The notes below the pieces were generated by a model that saw only the letters and a program-made list of their open reading frames with translations, made no database searches and was not told the DNA's origin. A DNA stretch of 32,000 nt. Source: Candidatus Korarchaeum cryptofilum OPF8. GTDB taxonomy: Archaea; Korarchaeota; Korarchaeia; Korarchaeales; Korarchaeaceae. Positions 7,470-16,465 of this stretch are shown here, piece after piece. The DNA lies in the NCBI RefSeq assembly GCF_000019605.1, contig NC_010482.1, positions 960,001 through 992,000 on the forward strand, in the 5' to 3' direction. The position numbers and the translations under genes are program-made. The stretch's first letter is position 1; every line of letters starts with the position of its first letter.

Positions 7470-8251
7470 TAATAGGAGTTGGGGAGATGGGTAAGCTCTT
7501 CTCAAGATACTTAAGTGAGGAGCATCAAGTAGCTATCTACGATCTAGACCGTAGAAAGGTTGAGGAGATAGCCGATGAGAGGATCAGACCACTGAGCGAT
7601 CTTTCCGATCTGAAGGATTTCGAATCAGCGCTGTTATGCGTCCCCATATCGAAGGTCCCGGGCTTGGTGGAGGAGCTGAGCGGTAAGATGAGGAAGGGGA
7701 GCGTCATAATGGAGATAAGCTCTGTTAAGAGCCCCGTTATAGGAAGCATGAGGAAGCTCCCGAGTATCGGGATCAAGGGGATCTCATTCCATCCCCTCTT
7801 CGGCCCGGGGATAGGTGATATTAGGAATGGGAGGGCTGCAGTTATAGAGGTTACGAATATAAAGGATGAGATCTCCTACCTCTCATCCCTCTTCCCCTTC
7901 GAGTTGATACCGATGAGCTTAGAGGATCACGATAGAGCGATGGCCTGGCTGGGATTAATACATCTTATCACTAACTCATTCCTCTCCTCATCCGATGATG
8001 ATTCTGATCTCCTGAGATCAGCGAGCACTAAAACGATCTCCTGGTTCCTCAGGGTATCCGCAGCTACTTTGAATCAGAGCGAGGTTCTGAGCCAAGAGCT
8101 AATAACGCAGAACCCTTACTTCGAGGAGGCCCTGGGGAAGTTCCTCAGGGAACTCAATTCGAGGGATTTCAAGGAGATAAGAGGGAAGATAAAGAAGTGG
8201 CTCGAAATAATAGATATAAAGGGATCCTACGAGTTCTTGTATAGATTTTAG
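7457..8251 (+). CDS. tyrA: Prephenate/arogenate dehydrogenase (TyrA family)
   Basis: A Rossmann ILIIGVGEMG motif sits at the extreme N-terminus, and a TyrA-type SFHPLFGPG motif is present. The TTG start at 7457 overlaps the upstream stop. The first ATG (7487) would delete the GxGxxG strand, so the TTG start is favoured. Confidence 0.8.
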   Translation: MEILIIGVGEMGKLFSRYLSEEHQVAIYDLDRRKVEEIADERIRPLSDLSDLKDFESALLCVPISKVPGLVEELSGKMRKGSVIMEISSVKSPVIGSMRKLPSIGIKGISFHPLFGPGIGDIRNGRAAVIEVTNIKDEISYLSSLFPFELIPMSLEDHDRAMAWLGLIHLITNSFLSSSDDDSDLLRSASTKTISWFLRVSAATLNQSEVLSQELITQNPYFEEALGKFLRELNSRDFKEIRGKIKKWLEIIDIKGSYEFLYRF

Positions 8252-9192
8252 CTCTCCTCATATATCTCAGCCGGGTTATCGTCAGTGCTCGGGGGAACTT
8301 CCTCCTCCAGAGCTGCCTTGAGATATGCCGGTAGGCTGAAGAGCGCGTAATGTATCTCGGGAAGGTAGAACCTTGTCTTCCCCTTCAGTCTCTCGTTGAA
8401 CCTCCTCTCCAATTTCTCCCTATCGAGTTCAGGAGGCACTAGATAATCTGAGCCGAATGAGAACGACCACTCATCGTTGAAGGATGGGACATAAGCTTTA
8501 GCGACCGCATGCCTCTTGAAAGTCTCCCTGATCGCCCTGTATATCCTCTGGAAGGTCACTCTATTCACGTGGACCCCCTCGCTGTGGGTGACCATGAGCC
8601 CCCCATCCCTTATGAGCTTCCTGACCATTGAGTAAAATTCCTTCGTGTAAAGCCTAACGGCTTGACCATATGGATCCGTTAAATCCAATATTACTGCATC
8701 ATATTTCTCCTCGCAACTCTCGACGTACTTCCTACCGTCCCCTATTATCAACTTGAGCCTGGGGTCTTCGAAGGAGCCTCCGGGGACCTCCGGTATGTGC
8801 TTCTTAACTGTCTCTATCACCGACTTATCCAGCTCTACCAAAGTCACCTCCCCTACTGGATGCTTCAGCACTTCCCTGAGGGCTCCTCCATCCCCTCCCC
8901 CTATTATCAGCACTTTCTCCGGATTCTCGAGCGAGAGTAAAGTCGGATGGACCAAGGTCTCGTGATAGATGTACTCATCGTAGAGAGTGATCATTATTAT
9001 GTGCTCTATGAAGAGCGATTTCCCGAAGAGCTCTAAATCAACCGTCTCAACCAGCTGGCCTGCTGAAGTCATTTCGGATGATAATACATTATTCACAATT
9101 TGAAGCGTGGCCATGTGAGGTCCAGCATGCTCCAGATAGAGTAGATGACCATCTATATTCCTCAGTCCGGGCTTGGGCAACCTAAGTGGCAT
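8248..9192 (-). CDS. speE: Spermidine synthase / polyamine aminopropyltransferase
   Basis: SpeE motifs are present: YDEYIYHETLVHP, IIGGGDGGALREVLKH, VELD, DLTDP. The N-terminal HLLYLEH matches the SpeE beta-hairpin region. I prefer ATG 9192 because the TATA at 9212-9221 abuts the alternative ATG 9213. Confidence 0.9.
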   Translation of the reverse strand: MPLRLPKPGLRNIDGHLLYLEHAGPHMATLQIVNNVLSSEMTSAGQLVETVDLELFGKSLFIEHIIMITLYDEYIYHETLVHPTLLSLENPEKVLIIGGGDGGALREVLKHPVGEVTLVELDKSVIETVKKHIPEVPGGSFEDPRLKLIIGDGRKYVESCEEKYDAVILDLTDPYGQAVRLYTKEFYSMVRKLIRDGGLMVTHSEGVHVNRVTFQRIYRAIRETFKRHAVAKAYVPSFNDEWSFSFGSDYLVPPELDREKLERRFNERLKGKTRFYLPEIHYALFSLPAYLKAALEEEVPPSTDDNPAEIYEES

Positions 9193-9211
9193 AATATATG
9201 CTGAGATAATC

Positions 9212-9221
9212 ATTTAAAAAA
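9212..9221 (-). promoter_or_regulatory. TATA-like box (minus strand ttttttaaat) for speE
   Basis: The box lies 20-29 nt upstream of ATG 9192, consistent with leaderless spacing. Confidence 0.35.
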
Positions 9222-9238
9222 TCGATTGGCTGTCAAAA

Positions 9239-10816
9239 CTAGCCCGATCCGGCTACTTCCATAGGATCCTCGCTGAGAATTTCTGCTATTAGTGGGAAGC
9301 CATCCCCATCCTTGTCGGATGAGACCAGAGCTGCTGTGCTCTGCCTCGCCTTACCCGCTATTATCACTATGATTGTAGAGCCCTGCTTCCTCACCAATAT
9401 CGAATCCTTCCCTCTCTCGAGGGAGGCCTTCTCGCTATCGTTCATAAAGCTGGATGCCACGTTCTTGGGCATCCACTTATCCGTCGGAGCCCTATGGCCT
9501 CCCAGAACTATGACCATATCGTAGTTTGAGAATAGGGATGTATCATTTACCCTATGAACGGAAACTCCAGTTGAATTTGAGTAAGATATTATGAGTTCCT
9601 TAGATAATTTCCAATCTATATCGTTACTGTAAATAGCGACTCTCCTAATTCTGGTCCTCACCTCTATTTCGCACTGTTTACTCACTTGACCTCTGAATAC
9701 TATCTTGAGCTTTCCGGAGGCCTCAACATCGGGTAGGGGCTTCAAAGTCAGGGTGAAGTTGAAAGGCGGCTTCCCCTTACTCGGGTTTATCGAAACATTG
9801 AGCCAGTTCGGAGCTTCCAGTATAGAAGCCGCGATCTCCCCACTGAAGTTCCCAGTGGGCACTGCCCTCAGGGTTAGATCCTTCCTGAATCCGCTTATTA
9901 GATCGATAAAGCTAGGGCAGGATATTACGTAGCCCTTCTTCTCGATGACAGTGAGCTTCAAAGTGGCATTCTTCCTAATAGGACCAACCGCCGATATTAT
10001 CACTGTATATACGCCACCCGGGGTATCTTCAGGCAGGGATAAGTTCAGAGTGGAGACGAAAGTTGGGAGGCCTTGATTCGGGGATATATTATATTTGAGG
10101 AAGTTGGGTGCCTCTACCTCTATTGAGACCGGGGATCCGAGGTATCCGCTCACTTGAACTTTAAGGAGAGCGGAGCTTCCTTGGGAGAGCTTAATTTCAT
10201 TGGAATCCAAGCTTATATCTAGAGAGGCTTTCGTATAGCTGATCTCAATAATAGGTTTATTCGTCGAGAGCTCGGAGTAGAAGTAAAGGTAGCCCTCGTC
10301 CGCTATCTTCAACAGGAACCAACCTGTCGAATTCAGCTCGCCATTTACGACAGCTTGAATGTAATCCCTCAGGTCTATCCTCATCTCTCCTGTGCTGACT
10401 TCAGCCTCGCCGACTTTCCTCAGGAGATCTCCTCCCGGAGTGATCCAGTCCTCATCACCAGCTTTTACCCAGCTCACTTTAAATATGTCAGGCTCCCTAG
10501 CTAGCTCCCAAACCTCCACCTTAGCTTTGGATCCGTTCACTAGCTTTAGGATGAGGTTTGCTTCGGATACCTTCGATCCTTTAGGTATTGCTGTCAAGCT
10601 AGTTAGATCGAAACCTATTATGGCTCTAGCCTCCAAGTAATCGTTGCCGGATTTCTCCCTAGAGACCCTAAGGACCTCCGAGTGGAAGTTCTTCCCCTGA
10701 TCCCAATTCGTTATATAGCAATCTACTGATGCGTAAATGGAGAGGGAATCAGCTTGTATTGGATAGAGGGGGATTAGGAGTATTATCAATGGGATGACTC
10801 TAGCATATCTTGCCAT
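9239..10816 (-). CDS. Secreted multi-domain surface protein: DNRLRE-like N-terminal domain, Ig-like repeats, C-terminal alpha/beta domain
   Basis: A signal peptide starts at the second Met (MARYARVIPLIILLIPLYPIQA). A DNRLRE-like pattern follows (NWDQGKNFHSEVLRVS...ARAIIGFDLTSLTAIPKGSKVSEANLILKL). There are repeated 'PGGVYTVIISA'-type beta-sandwich segments. The ORF-track start at 10858 would overlap the upstream gene by 59 nt. Confidence 0.55.
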   Translation of the reverse strand: MARYARVIPLIILLIPLYPIQADSLSIYASVDCYITNWDQGKNFHSEVLRVSREKSGNDYLEARAIIGFDLTSLTAIPKGSKVSEANLILKLVNGSKAKVEVWELAREPDIFKVSWVKAGDEDWITPGGDLLRKVGEAEVSTGEMRIDLRDYIQAVVNGELNSTGWFLLKIADEGYLYFYSELSTNKPIIEISYTKASLDISLDSNEIKLSQGSSALLKVQVSGYLGSPVSIEVEAPNFLKYNISPNQGLPTFVSTLNLSLPEDTPGGVYTVIISAVGPIRKNATLKLTVIEKKGYVISCPSFIDLISGFRKDLTLRAVPTGNFSGEIAASILEAPNWLNVSINPSKGKPPFNFTLTLKPLPDVEASGKLKIVFRGQVSKQCEIEVRTRIRRVAIYSNDIDWKLSKELIISYSNSTGVSVHRVNDTSLFSNYDMVIVLGGHRAPTDKWMPKNVASSFMNDSEKASLERGKDSILVRKQGSTIIVIIAGKARQSTAALVSSDKDGDGFPLIAEILSEDPMEVAGSG

Positions 10817-11597
10817 AGAACTCCGGCCTCCTATCCAGGAATATATCGTTGAGCTCATTTACCCTCTTATCCTCCGCTAATTTAGGGTCTATCTCCGCTA
10901 TGCCCACGTGCTCCCCTTCCTCTGGGGCTTGAGTCAGTATATTCATCTTGGGATCGGAGATGAGGCTCATCCCATGATATCTCAACTTCTTGCCTCCTCT
11001 CTCCTCTACTCCGCTCCTATCTGAGAGTATGATGAAGACCCTATTCTCGAAGGCCCTCACGGGATCAGCTTTAGGGGCGTACGGCATCACTAAGCAGGAT
11101 GGATGCGCTATGATTTGAGCGCCGGATAGTGCGAGGGATCTAGCCGACTCAGGGAAGACCCAATCGAAGCATATCATTATCCCCACCCTCATACCAGCTA
11201 GATCGAAGACCCTGAACCCCGTATCCCCGGGATCGAATATCAGTTTCTCCTCGTAGAAGAGATGGGTCTTCCTGTAGACACCCTTCACATCTCCATCAAT
11301 ATCTATAGCCACTGCTGAATTGTAAACTTTCCCCCCATCCCTCTCCGGGAAGCCGGCTACTATAGCCGTAGAATGCTCCGATGCGAAATCACTGAGCCTC
11401 TTTATAGTGGGACCATCTAGCCCCTCGGAGAGCTTCAGGGCTTCCTCCCTTGAGAGGAATAAATAACCTGTATTGAAGAGCTCTGGGAATACGAGAAGAT
11501 CCGATTCAACTTTGGAAGCTAAATCCAGGGCCCTCTTCAAATTGCTCTCTACAGCGCCGAACTCAGGGTTCGTCTGGACGAATCCCACTCTCTTCAT
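10800..11597 (-). CDS. Carbon-nitrogen hydrolase (nitrilase superfamily amidohydrolase)
   Basis: The E-K-C triad context is present: VFPELFNTGY, YRKTHLF, MICFDWVFPE. Confidence 0.85.
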   Translation of the reverse strand: MKRVGFVQTNPEFGAVESNLKRALDLASKVESDLLVFPELFNTGYLFLSREEALKLSEGLDGPTIKRLSDFASEHSTAIVAGFPERDGGKVYNSAVAIDIDGDVKGVYRKTHLFYEEKLIFDPGDTGFRVFDLAGMRVGIMICFDWVFPESARSLALSGAQIIAHPSCLVMPYAPKADPVRAFENRVFIILSDRSGVEERGGKKLRYHGMSLISDPKMNILTQAPEEGEHVGIAEIDPKLAEDKRVNELNDIFLDRRPEFYGKIC

Positions 11598-11690
11598 ACT
11601 CCCATAAGATCTCCCTCTCCCATAAATATATTTCTCGCGGTCTGGGAGTTATCGCTGACCTGAAGACTTTAGGCTGTGAGCTGCTGAGAT

Positions 11691-11993
11691 TCAGATCATC
11701 TCCACTATGAAGAGCATCACCAAACCGGCTATTATCAACCTCTTCCCCTTATAGCCGAATATATCAGTGCCCCAGAGAACGAGGCCTAGAGCTATCAATG
11801 TCCCGGATAGCGCTCTGGCTATCATCAAAGCTGATGACTTCAGGACATCTAAGAGCTCTATAGCAGCTTCAGTGAGGCCTTTTATTGAGTCCTCAAGCCA
11901 GGAGAATGGATTTTGAGCCTCCGCAACAACTAAGGGGATCAGCAGGATCAGCAGGACGGGGACCAGCTTCCTCATCACAGTAGCTCTCTTCAT
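11691..11993 (-). CDS. Small secreted two-helix membrane protein with VirB2/TrbC-pilin-like topology
   Basis: There is a type-I signal peptide ending VVAEA|Q. The mature part of about 72 aa is a long amphipathic/hydrophobic helix, a basic loop (GYKGKR) and a terminal hydrophobic helix. A TATA-like 'atttaaat' lies about 20-25 nt upstream. Confidence 0.45.
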   Translation of the reverse strand: MKRATVMRKLVPVLLILLIPLVVAEAQNPFSWLEDSIKGLTEAAIELLDVLKSSALMIARALSGTLIALGLVLWGTDIFGYKGKRLIIAGLVMLFIVEMI

Positions 11994-12036
11994 AAACTTT
12001 AAAGGGTGATTTAAATCCGTGACAAAGGTGAAAGTT

Positions 12037-13434
12037 TCATGAGGAGGGCCAGGCCCTCCTCTTCCTCCTGGTGAGCATGTAATAAACTAGAGCGGCCGCT
12101 ATGGGGACTACAGCTAATAGCCAGAATGGAGATTCGGGTTTCATTCCCCCCTCTACACTCACTTCCGTCGATGAAACTATGCTTCCATGGCTGTAAACAG
12201 CGATAGTGTAATTCCCCGGATCCAGGCCTCTTATAGGAATCAGTTTGCTGGATCCAGCTTCCAGCGTCGCATTAAACCTCGTGACCTCGCTCCCATTCCT
12301 CAGTAACGATACCTCCACATTTGTGAGAAGGTCCGCCAAGTTTGTCAGATTAACGTATATATCGCTGCCCGATGAACGGGCTGAGAGCGATATAGGCACC
12401 GGTATGATCCTGAAGCTGAAGGAGTATTCGTTATCTGAGGGATTCAGGTCATCGGCATCCAGGGGGATCAGTTTGAAGGTCATAGTATGGCTCCCCATAC
12501 CGAGGGCAACGTCTAGATTGAACTCGAGCTCCTTCCCTTCACCCGGATCTATGAAATCTATCGATTTACTCTCGACAGCCTCCCCATCTATGAAGAAGGT
12601 TACGTTCACCCTGGAGGCCGATAATCCCATATTCTTCAACATCAACTTCCCGGAGATTGGCTCTCCAGCGAAAATTCTCTCGCTCAACTGAACTCTCTCT
12701 ATTAAGAGATCGCATGATGGCTTCACGGTAACGCTCAAGGAGGCCCTTCCCATGGGCTGATCATCCCTCGTGATCAGGGCATCCAAGAGGATGGTCCCCA
12801 CGTTCAATGGCTTATATGAGAACTTGACTGCCGATATCATCCTAGGAGGGACATAGGATTCCTTAGTTCCTACCTCGCTCCCGTTAACGAAGAGCCTGAC
12901 TTTTATACCCTCTAGAGGTTCGCTCCTCGGGTTGGGTATCTGCACCTTTACATCGAACTCCTTGCCCTGAAGGACCTCGCTATCGGCCTCTATGAATGGG
13001 TTAACTAGGGGAACGATCACGAAATTGATGGAGTAACTATTATCATCCTTATTAGGATCTGTATAGCCCTTGGGGCTTATCTCCACCCTCAGTTCGTGGA
13101 CGCCGATTGTGAGAGTGGATGTCTCGAGGTTCGTCACTATAGTTCTATAGCCTCCAGGTGGAATTGGGATAGATCCTATTGAGAGGTTGCCGATATACCA
13201 ATCTTCCCTCGATTTGAGGAATCCATCGACGTAGAGGCTCACTGATACAGCCCCCGAGAACTGAGATCCCTCGTTGTTGCCTACGTAGATCGTTATCATT
13301 AGTGGTTGCCCCTGCTGGACTTCAGCGTCCGGAGGGTAAAGATTGACCCTCAATATCGAGAGATCCCATGTCTGCTCAGCTGAAGCTTGAGCTATGAGTA
13401 TTAGCAATAGGATGATTGCGTATCTGAGCCTCAT
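12037..13434 (-). CDS. Surface protein with about 4 CARDB-like domains and a C-terminal TM anchor
   Basis: It has a signal peptide (LILIAQASA). CARDB-type repeats are recognisable (DLSILRVNLYPP...ITIYVGNNEGSQ...YVDG...DPNKDDNSYSINF and DLLIERVQLS...LKNMGLS...FIDGE...NPSDNEYSFSF). The C-terminus is FWLLAVVPIAAALVYYMLTRRKRR. Confidence 0.65.
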   Translation of the reverse strand: MRLRYAIILLLILIAQASAEQTWDLSILRVNLYPPDAEVQQGQPLMITIYVGNNEGSQFSGAVSVSLYVDGFLKSREDWYIGNLSIGSIPIPPGGYRTIVTNLETSTLTIGVHELRVEISPKGYTDPNKDDNSYSINFVIVPLVNPFIEADSEVLQGKEFDVKVQIPNPRSEPLEGIKVRLFVNGSEVGTKESYVPPRMISAVKFSYKPLNVGTILLDALITRDDQPMGRASLSVTVKPSCDLLIERVQLSERIFAGEPISGKLMLKNMGLSASRVNVTFFIDGEAVESKSIDFIDPGEGKELEFNLDVALGMGSHTMTFKLIPLDADDLNPSDNEYSFSFRIIPVPISLSARSSGSDIYVNLTNLADLLTNVEVSLLRNGSEVTRFNATLEAGSSKLIPIRGLDPGNYTIAVYSHGSIVSSTEVSVEGGMKPESPFWLLAVVPIAAALVYYMLTRRKRRAWPSS

Positions 13435-13453
13435 CCCGCTTCCTTCCTCCCCT

Positions 13454-13464
13454 CTTTAATAAAC
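13454..13464. promoter_or_regulatory. Shared A/T box (ctttaataaac) in a 56-bp divergent intergenic region
   Basis: The box lies about 20-30 nt from the minus-strand ATG at 13434 and about 27-37 nt from the plus-strand ATG at 13491. Confidence 0.3.
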
Positions 13465-13490
13465 TTCACTTCCCCGAGGAAAATTAAAAT

Positions 13491-14231
13491 ATGGATGATG
13501 GAGGGCTCATGGGTGTGCGTTTGGGGACCGAGCTCCTCTACATGGATGATTGCTACTTAAAGGAGTTTGAGGCAGTTGTGAGGGCTGTGGAGGGTGATAA
13601 GGTCTCCCTCGATAGGACAGCATTCTATCCTTCGGGCGGGGGCCTCCCCAGCGATGTTGGAAAGCTCCTGAGAGGGGAGGAGGAATTCGAGGTCATCGAG
13701 GTGAGGAAGGAAAGTGGAAATGTCTGGCATACCGTTGGGAGACCTGGGCTTACGGTTGGCGATGCTGTGAGGGGCATCCTGGATTGGGATAAGAGGTACA
13801 GGATAATGAGGATGCACACAGCTCTTCACGCATTAATAGCTTTGCTTAATTCGAAGTACGGAGTATTAGTCACGGGAAATAATGTGGGTTACGATAGGAG
13901 CAGGGTTGATGTGAACTTGGAGAGGCCGGACAGGGAGTTGGTTGAGGAAGTAATAGCTGAAACGAATAAGCTCCTCTCCGAGGGAAGGGAGGTGAAGATC
14001 TACTACTTAAGTAGGGAGGAGGCTATGAAGATACCTGGGATAATAAAGTTAGCTAAAGCACTACCGCCCGATGTCGATAAGCTCAGGATAGTAGAGATAG
14101 AGGGGATAGATATTCAAGCGGATGGCGGTCCCCACGTGAGGAACACGAGGGAGATAGGCGAGATAGTATTCTTGGGGATGGAGAACAAGGGGAAGAACAA
14201 CAGGAGGATTCACTTCACTCTATCCCCATGA
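13491..14231 (+). CDS. alaX: Alanyl-tRNA editing protein AlaX (AlaX-M type)
   Basis: The Zn-binding editing-site motif MRMHTALHAL (HxxxH) is present, along with the downstream GGPHV motif in place of the canonical CxxxH. The N-terminal beta-barrel pattern is YMDDCYLKEFEAVV. An alternative start is ATG 13509. Confidence 0.85.
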   Translation: MDDGGLMGVRLGTELLYMDDCYLKEFEAVVRAVEGDKVSLDRTAFYPSGGGLPSDVGKLLRGEEEFEVIEVRKESGNVWHTVGRPGLTVGDAVRGILDWDKRYRIMRMHTALHALIALLNSKYGVLVTGNNVGYDRSRVDVNLERPDRELVEEVIAETNKLLSEGREVKIYYLSREEAMKIPGIIKLAKALPPDVDKLRIVEIEGIDIQADGGPHVRNTREIGEIVFLGMENKGKNNRRIHFTLSP

Positions 14232-15145
14232 GACCGGTGATCCCGATGAGATTTCTGAGGAGGTTGAGGAGGAAGGAGGAGAGAGTTGAGATCCGTGATG
14301 TCTTGGAGAGAGCGATGAGAGGGGAGATTCTGAGTTATGATGAGGTCATGTCCCTGCTGGATTCCGCTGAGCTCAAGCTATCTAAGGAGCCGCAGTTGAT
14401 AAAGTTGAAGGGAAAGACTATTTTCGTAGGGGACACTCATGGGGACCTGGATACTTCTATCTCGGCCCTCAGATTCCTCAAGGAAGGTTATAATTTGGTC
14501 TTTTTGGGGGATTACGTGGATAGAGGAGCGAAGCAGATAGAGAACATAAATTACCTGCTCGCTAATTACATAATCGGGAATTTGGTCCTTCTGAGGGGAA
14601 ATCATGAATCCCCTGTAGTCAATATGAATTACGGGTTCATGGAGACCCTCTATCATGTATACGGATCCGAATGGCAGTACGTCTACATGAGATACAACGA
14701 GGTATTCTCGAACCTACCTTACGCTGCGCTAGTCGATGGGGTGCTAGCGTTACACGGAGGTATAGCTGAGGGCCTCAAATCCATCAAGCAGATAGCAGCG
14801 TTACCCAAGAAGGATCTCATACCCAGTAATAAGGTAGCCTTCCAGATACTATGGAACGACCCTTCCGAATCAGTGGAGAGGTTCGGGGAGAATTACAGCA
14901 GGGGAGGAGGGGTGAAATATTATGGTAGGGCTGCAGTCGAGGAATTCTTGAGAGCGAATAAGCTTAAAGCTATAGTTAGGTCCCATGAGGCATATCCCGA
15001 TGGTTACATGCTCCTCTTCAAGGGAAGCACGGGGATAGAGGAAATGGAGCATATGTTAATATCTATCTTCTCATGTAGGTATTACGGCATCCCGCCGACA
15101 GCCGCTATGTACGATGGGAAGAGGATGGAGGTGATCAGGATTTGA
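14228..15145 (+). CDS. PPP-family Ser/Thr protein phosphatase (PP1-arch-like metallophosphoesterase)
   Basis: The three PPP motifs are present: GDTHGD, GDYVDRG, RGNHE. The ATG overlaps the alaX TGA (ATGA). Confidence 0.9.
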   Translation: MRPVIPMRFLRRLRRKEERVEIRDVLERAMRGEILSYDEVMSLLDSAELKLSKEPQLIKLKGKTIFVGDTHGDLDTSISALRFLKEGYNLVFLGDYVDRGAKQIENINYLLANYIIGNLVLLRGNHESPVVNMNYGFMETLYHVYGSEWQYVYMRYNEVFSNLPYAALVDGVLALHGGIAEGLKSIKQIAALPKKDLIPSNKVAFQILWNDPSESVERFGENYSRGGGVKYYGRAAVEEFLRANKLKAIVRSHEAYPDGYMLLFKGSTGIEEMEHMLISIFSCRYYGIPPTAAMYDGKRMEVIRI

Positions 15146-15795
15146 GATATGCGGCTCTCCTCATCATAATGCTGCTAATCCCCTCGATAGCTGCCTCAGC
15201 CCTCCCTAAAGAGGGGAGCAAAGCTCCGGTGATGAGAGCAGTCACTTACGATGGTAAAGCCGTCTCGACGACATCACTTCAAGGGAAGATAGTCGTACTC
15301 ATGTTCGTCGCGGAATGGTGTCCTCACTGCAGGGAGGAGCTCCCAGCTCTCTCTAAGGCTTGGAAGGAATACGGCTTGGAGTCAGGCGATATCGTGGGAA
15401 TCGTCATGATGGTAAGTAGCAGTGAATCGATGGCCATAGAATTCTTCAAATCCGTCAATCCCCCATCGAATTGGAAGCTCGTCCTGGAGGGCGAGGATAC
15501 AGCTGAAAGCTTCGGAGTCTCCGGTGTCCCCACTACTGTAGTGATTGATAGGAACTGGACAGTGGCTGGAGTTTTCGTCGGAGTTCTACCGCCTGATGAG
15601 GTGCTTGAGCCTGCCATAAAGTTAGTTGGAGCGGGATCTCAGGGCAATTATACTCCAGTTACTTCCCCTGCTACTCCATCCACTACTCCGAAAGCCGAAG
15701 GAGGAGTTCAGACCATTTTGATAGTGATAATAGCTTTGGCACTCGCCATAGTGATATATCTGGGATATAGGATGAGAGGAAAGAGGAAGAAGTGA
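15142..15795 (+). CDS. Extracytoplasmic TlpA/redoxin-like thiol-disulfide oxidoreductase, C-terminally membrane anchored
   Basis: It has a signal peptide and a WCPHC active site in a thioredoxin-fold context (VLMFVAEWCPHCREELP ... GVPTTVVID). A Thr/Pro-rich linker, a TM helix and an RGKRKK tail follow. The TTG start overlaps the upstream stop. Confidence 0.8.
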   Translation: MRYAALLIIMLLIPSIAASALPKEGSKAPVMRAVTYDGKAVSTTSLQGKIVVLMFVAEWCPHCREELPALSKAWKEYGLESGDIVGIVMMVSSSESMAIEFFKSVNPPSNWKLVLEGEDTAESFGVSGVPTTVVIDRNWTVAGVFVGVLPPDEVLEPAIKLVGAGSQGNYTPVTSPATPSTTPKAEGGVQTILIVIIALALAIVIYLGYRMRGKRKK

Positions 15796-15796
15796 A

Positions 15797-16465
15797 GTGG
15801 AAGCTGCTGCATACATTTACATCATAATAATGACAATCTTCATGCTCTCAATCCCATCATCCTATTTCAGAGCCTTAATCTCAATTTCATCCCTCCTTTT
15901 AATCCTCTATCTCAGGGGAGAGGATCCTAAGATAGGCTATAGGGCGATCCCTCTATCTTCGGCTATGGCTTTCATGATGACGCTCCCCTTCCTCCTCGTA
16001 TCCGATGTGGAATACTCAGGCGCTAACCTAGAGCTGGGGGAAATAGTCCCTTGGCACCTCTCAATAGCCACCTGGGAGGAATCGGTTTACAGAGGTTATA
16101 TATTGGGATACTCCCCGCCTCAATTCATATTCTCATCTATCATCTTCTCACTCATACATTCCCAGAATCCGGGGTTCGGTCTCATGCCTTTCATAGGGAT
16201 ACTCTCAGCTGGCATCTTCCTATGCCTCCTCAGAGTGCGCTTCGGCTTATTATCAGCTATATCCTTCCATTTCTGCTGGAACATATTCTTAGAGCATCTA
16301 TGGGGTTTCCCGACTAGCGGGATAATTGGAAGTAGCGTCTTCTCCTCCGAACTCAGGGGCGATCCTATGATCACTGGAGGATCCTTCGGCCCCGAGGGAT
16401 CCATCATAGCTTTTATCGAGTTCTCATTAGGTTCAGCTGTCCTATATATGTTGAAGAGAGCCTAG
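15797..16465 (+). CDS. CPBP (CAAX/Abi) family intramembrane glutamic endopeptidase
   Basis: It is polytopic and carries all three CPBP motifs: WEESVYRG (EExxxR), FSLIH (FxxxH), HFCWN (HxxxN). The GTG start is 1 nt after the upstream stop. Confidence 0.8.
   Translation: MEAAAYIYIIIMTIFMLSIPSSYFRALISISSLLLILYLRGEDPKIGYRAIPLSSAMAFMMTLPFLLVSDVEYSGANLELGEIVPWHLSIATWEESVYRGYILGYSPPQFIFSSIIFSLIHSQNPGFGLMPFIGILSAGIFLCLLRVRFGLLSAISFHFCWNIFLEHLWGFPTSGIIGSSVFSSELRGDPMITGGSFGPEGSIIAFIEFSLGSAVLYMLKRA

Noticed and set aside
12037-12130. A possible PGF-CTERM/archaeosortase-type sorting signal shared by the C-terminal anchors of the CARDB protein, the NEW3-like protein (25854-25990) and the TlpA-like protein (15700-15795).
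   Set aside because: All three have a TM helix plus a basic tail, but there is no common tripeptide motif before the helix (PFW versus TTDY versus VQT). I treat them as plain C-terminal membrane anchors.
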